A stretch of DNA of 26,584 nucleotides from Chiloscyllium plagiosum (taxonomy: Eukaryota), in assembly GCF_004010195.1 (NCBI RefSeq), contig NC_057718.1, positions 73,052,854 through 73,079,437 of the forward strand, in the 5' to 3' direction. The first letter of the stretch is position 1. Each line of letters starts with the position of its first letter. Positions 22,400 to 26,584 of the stretch are shown here, one piece after another. Under the pieces are notes generated by a model. That model had not been told where the DNA came from. It saw only the letters and a program-made list of their open reading frames with translations, and ran no database searches. The position numbers were made by a program, and so were the translations under genes.

Positions 22400-22860
22400 C
22401 TTACACTAGTCATAGGGAAAAATCATGACACTTTGCCATGGTTGGTAAATAATCATCATGGACCTATTTTCAGGCAGAAAAGAAGCTGCATAAGGGGAAA
22501 TTTGGTGGTGAGAAAGAAAAACAATTACTGCTACATGTAGAAAATGTTCCAGTCAAAAAGTGGAAAGTGAAAAACTGACCAGAGGAAATACATTGAGAAG
22601 CGAAATTGGAAACAATGGGACTGAGGTTCAAACAATATCAGGGCCCAATTTAAAGACAGGGCCTTGAGAATTTTAACACAGATTGTTATCAAAGCCTTGT
22701 CCAAGCCAGCATAGGAATAATCAATCAGACTAGGAAGGAATGAAATGACTCAGGAAAGAGGAGTCAGTTTCATGGAACAGTGGCACAATACAGGGACAGG
22801 AAGGAACAATACTAATCAGGACAGGCTTCATCTGAACCAAGTTGAGAGAAGGGTCCCAAT
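22400..22860 (+). mobile_element. Decayed CR1 ORF1 (SGNH esterase-like) remnant
   Basis: GVSFMEQWH..YRDRKEQY..DRLHLNQ resembles the GFxFxxHW...DGLHLN end of the CR1 ORF1 esterase domain. Confidence 0.5.
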
Positions 22861-22959
22861 AGAAAGATAAATATGTCAGTCATGAGGACTAGGTAGTAAA
22901 TATGGCAAATGCATTGGTGGAAAATGCTACCAAAATCTGCTGTCAGACTATAAAGACAG

Positions 22960-23095
22960 TGCACCAAGTTCTGCAACTTCTCCTTATTTAAATTATACAC
23001 TGCTCTTCTAGTCCTGCTGCCAAAATGAATGAGTTTACATTTTCCCAATATCATACTGTCAAATGTTTGATCATTTACTGACGTACTTTGTAAAC
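22960..23095 (-). mobile_element. CR1 ORF2 fragment
   Basis: KCKLIHFGSRTRRAVYNLNKEKLQ in ORF 22812-23162. Confidence 0.7.
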
Positions 23096-23252
23096 TTATG
23101 GACAAGACCCCAAAATATTTCAAAGATAGCAAGACCCTAACGTTTTTAGTTGTTTTAGGCAAATGTCAAGGTGGATATTCCAGGAATGATGCAGCTGGTC
23201 AAACCACTCTGCTTTAAACAAACTAGAATTTACTTACACTACTGAATGAAAT

Positions 23253-25197
23253 GGGAGCTGAAAATGTTGCTGGAAAAGCGCAGGTCAGGCAGCATCGACG
23301 ATTCGGGCATGAGCCCTTCTTCAGGAATGAGGAAAGGGTGCCAAGCAGGCCAAGATAAAAAAAGATAGGGAGGAGGGACTTGAGGGAGGGGCGTTGGAAA
23401 CACGACAGGTGGAAGGAGGTTAAGGTGAGGGTGATAAGGTGAGGGTGATAGGCCTGGGAATGGGGGGGGGGGGGGAAGAGGGGAAAATGAGGAAACTGGA
23501 GAAATCGGAGTTCATCCCTTGTGGTCGGAGGATTCCTAGGCAGAAGATGAGGCGCTCTTCCTCCAGCCGTGGTGTTGCAATGGAGGAGTCCAAGGAGCTG
23601 CATGTTCTTTGGTGGAGTGGGAGGGGGAGTTGAAGTGTTGAGCCACGGGGTGGTTGGGTTGGTTGGTGCGGGTGTCTCAGAGGTGTTCTCGGAAAACATT
23701 CCGCAAGTAGGCGGCCTGTCTCCCCAATACAGAGGGGGCCAAATCGGGTGCAGTAAACGGGTGTGTGTGGAGGTGCAGGTGAATTTGTGGCAGTATGGAA
23801 GGATCCCTTGGGGCCAGGNNNNNNNNNNNNNNNNNNNNNNNNNNNNNNNNNNNNNNNNNNNNNNNNNNNNNNNNNNNNNNNNNNNNNNNNNNNNGTAGGT
23901 GAGGACCAGTGGGGTTCTGTCCTGGTGGCGATTGGAGGGGCGGGGCTCAAGGGCGGAGGAGCAGGAAGAGGAGGAGATGCGGTGGAGGGCATCGTTGGCC
24001 ACGTCTGGGGGGAAATTGCGGTCGTTGAAGGAGGCCATCTGGGCTGTTCCCATATTCCCAATTCCTTCGTCTCCGCCGCATCTGCTCCCAGGAGGACCAG
24101 TTCCAATACCGAACAACCCAGATGGCCTCCTTCAACGACCGCAATTTCCCCCCAGACGTGGTCGACGATGCTCTCCACCGCATCTCCTTCATTTCCCGCT
24201 CCCCGCCCTTGAGCCCCGCCCCTCCAAATTTCCACCGGGACAGAACCCCACTGGTCCTCACCTACCATCCCACCAACCTCCATATACATCGTATCATCCG
24301 TCTGCATTTCCGCCACCTCCAAACGGACCCCACCACCAGGGATATATTTCCTGCACCTCCCCTATCAGTGTTCCGAAAAGACCACTCCCTCCGTGACTCC
24401 CTCGTCAAGTCCACACCCCCATCAACCCAACCTCCACTCCCGGCACCTTACCCTGCAACCGCAAGAAATGCACAACTTGCGGCCACACCGCCCCCCCTTC
24501 CTTCCCTCCAAGGCCCCAAGGGATTCTTCCATATCTGCCACAAATTCACCTGCACCTCCACACGCATTTATTGTATCTGCTGCACCCGATGTGGCCCCCT
24601 TTATATTGGGGAGAGAGGACGCCTACTTGCAGAACATTTCAGAGAACACCTCTGGGACACCCGCAACAACCAACCCAACCACCCTGTAGATCAACACTTC
24701 AACTCCCCCTCCCACTCCACCAAAGGACATGCAGCTGCTTGGACTCCTCCATTGCCAGACCATAGCAACACGACGACTGGAGGAAGAGCGCCTCATCTTC
24801 CGCCTAGGAATCCTCCAACCACAAGGGATGAACTCAGATTTCTCCAGTTTCCTAATTTCTCCACCCCCCACCTTGTCTCAGTCCCAACTCTCGAACTCAG
24901 CACCACCTTCCTAACCTGCATTCTTCCTGACCTCTCTACCCCCACTCCGGCCTATCACTCTCACCTTATCACCCTCACCTTAACCTCCTTCCACCTATCG
25001 CATTTCCAATGCCCCTCCCCCAAGTCCCTCCTCCCTACCTTTTATCTTAGCCTGCTTGGTACACTTTCTTCATTCCTGAAGAAGGGCTCATGCCCAAAAT
25101 ATCGATTCTCCTGTTCCTTGGATGCTGCCTGACCTGCTGCGCTTTTCCAGCAACACACTTTCAGCTGATCTCCAGCATCTGCAGTCCTCACTGTCTC
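23253..25197. mobile_element. Palindromic (head-to-head) Neptune-type PLE insertion: minus arm 23256-24048, plus copy 24049-25197
   Basis: The plus copy encodes PYSQFLRLRRICS, GTLPCNRKKCTTCGH and IYCICCTRCGPLYIGE. The minus arm is an inverted copy of 24111-25166. The unit is flanked by CTGAATGAAAT at 23242-23252 and 25198-25208. Confidence 0.9.
23819..23894. other. Assembly gap (76 N)
   Basis: Run of N inside the left palindrome arm. Confidence 0.99.
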
Positions 25198-25579
25198 CTG
25201 AATGAAATATGAACAAAGAATAGAATATTGAACTTATCTGAAAACCCAATTGAGTATTACAACTTAATGAAGCTGTTCCAATTTCTTGCAAAATTCCCAT
25301 AAACAGTTTGACAAAAAAGGATAAATTCAAACCCAGGTTCTTACAGGAGATGTTAAAGAGAAAGTCAGCCATAAAATCTGTCGAACCTTTGTTACAACCT
25401 GCTGGGAGGAACAGAGTGCTCGCTAAAACCCAAAACCAGAATAAAACCCTGAACTGGGAGAACTGGCCACTTGGTTTCATTGTACAAGGGTTTTAAAAAA
25501 CTTGGATTGTTGCCTTTGATTATGACTAACATATACTGTCTAAGTGACCTAATCCCAGACAAATCAACCTCTGCCCTTT

Positions 25580-25900
25580 TTAGATTAGATTACATTAGAT
25601 TAGATTACATTACAGTGTGGAAACAGGCCCTTCGGCCGAACAAGTCCACACCGACCCGCCGAAGCGCAACCCACCCCTACATTTACCCATCAACCTAACA
25701 CTACGGGCAATTTAGCATGGCCAATTCACCTAACCTGCACATCTTTGGACTGTGGGAGGAAACCGGAGCACCCGGAGGAAACCCACGCAGACATGGGGAG
25801 AATGTGCAAACTCCACACAGTCAGTCGCCTGAGGCGGGAATTGAACCCGGGTCTCTGGCGCTGTGAGGCAGCAGTGCTAACCACTGTGCCACCGTGTCGC
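25580..25900 (-). mobile_element. HE1-type V-SINE, full length
   Basis: Same A/B boxes, V-domain and tail as 20764-21078. Confidence 0.93.
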
Positions 25901-26204
25901 ACAGTGTGCCCTTACAACCCTTTTAGAAAATAAAGAGTACAGCAAGGACAACATAACCTTGTTAAAAGGTGCAGCACAGTCACACCTCCCCACTTAAAAA
26001 TATATAATCAATATCCAGAGATGGCTTCATTTGAAAACCCACTTAATCTTACACAACACACATTCATTACATTGACAATAACCATGCAAACATGCTAGTG
26101 CATTCTACGTCAGTTTACTCCCATTACTGAAGGCCTCGGATTTCACATCTGAGTCTCGACAATGCATGGCAATCACGTTTTCCTCTCCTGTCACATGCAT
26201 TTCC

Positions 26205-26584
26205 AGTGCGAGCAGCAGCGAAGGTAAGACCGTTTGGTTTTAAAAGTACTTACCGGTAGCGGGCAGCGGTGTTTTTTCTTCTCTTTCACTCTCTCTTCAC
26301 AGAAAGAGCGGGAGCACCAGGGGGAAGTGACGACAACCAGAGGGGCAGCCGAGACCCGGAAGCAGGTAGTGTAAGCTTACCTGGGTAGGTTTTTCCCCCT
26401 TTAAAAGCGCGAAGGAGAGGAACCCGAGGCACGACACGGGTAGTGCCTTCCACCCGCCCTCCTCCTCTAACCTAATAATAACATCTGTTGTGGCTTGTTG
26501 TATTCTTTAGATCCAGTTTTTTTTTAAAAAAAATATCTTTTTGGGGGGTGGGAGTGAAAGGAGTGCAAAGTTTCCTCTTCAACA
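26205..26584 (+). mobile_element. Probable CR1 LINE 5' UTR and decayed ORF1 start, running off the window
   Basis: Abrupt CpG-richer segment with ETS-like GGAAG motifs and an imperfect palindrome aggcacgacacgggtagtgcct; ends GVKGVQSFLFN, resembling a decayed VxAVQCSSCxM CR1 ORF1 zinc-finger start. Based on recall. Confidence 0.55.

Noticed and set aside
23223..25132. Long ORFs of 297, 300 and 336 aa
   Set aside because: Frameshifted PLE sequence in C-rich, stop-poor DNA; two run through the N gap. Not host genes.
3267..25900. All four HE1 SINEs lie on the minus strand
   Set aside because: Four copies sharing one orientation has a 1-in-8 chance; not significant.
26340..26460. ZNF292 exon 1, suggested by CpG-richer DNA and a minus-strand CAG|GTAAGC donor
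   Set aside because: Upstream frames do not encode the expected YCxxxCQ exon end; the region fits a LINE 5' UTR better.

Overview
Vertebrate genomic DNA, most likely a cartilaginous fish such as a shark. This is inferred from HE1-type V-SINEs, CR1/HER1-type LINEs and Neptune-type Penelope elements. The window is almost entirely intronic. One 155-bp minus-strand coding exon (4664-4818) translates to a ZNF292/RLF-family N-terminal segment, best matching ZNF292 exon 2; no other exon was found. The rest is nested, decayed retroelements: a Gmr1-like Gypsy element with integrase directly after protease (443-3878); many CR1 fragments; four HE1-type SINEs; several Penelope-like elements (PLEs) with hammerhead-ribozyme motifs at their 3' ends; a palindromic PLE flanked by a perfect 11-bp target-site duplication (23253-25197); and a deleted endogenous retrovirus (17575-21331) with two LTRs, a tRNA-Ser PBS, a CTAG TSD, an env remnant and tRNA T-arm-like leader repeats. 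Nearly all ORFs in the supplied track are TE fragments or spurious. Family names come from motif recognition only; no database search was run.
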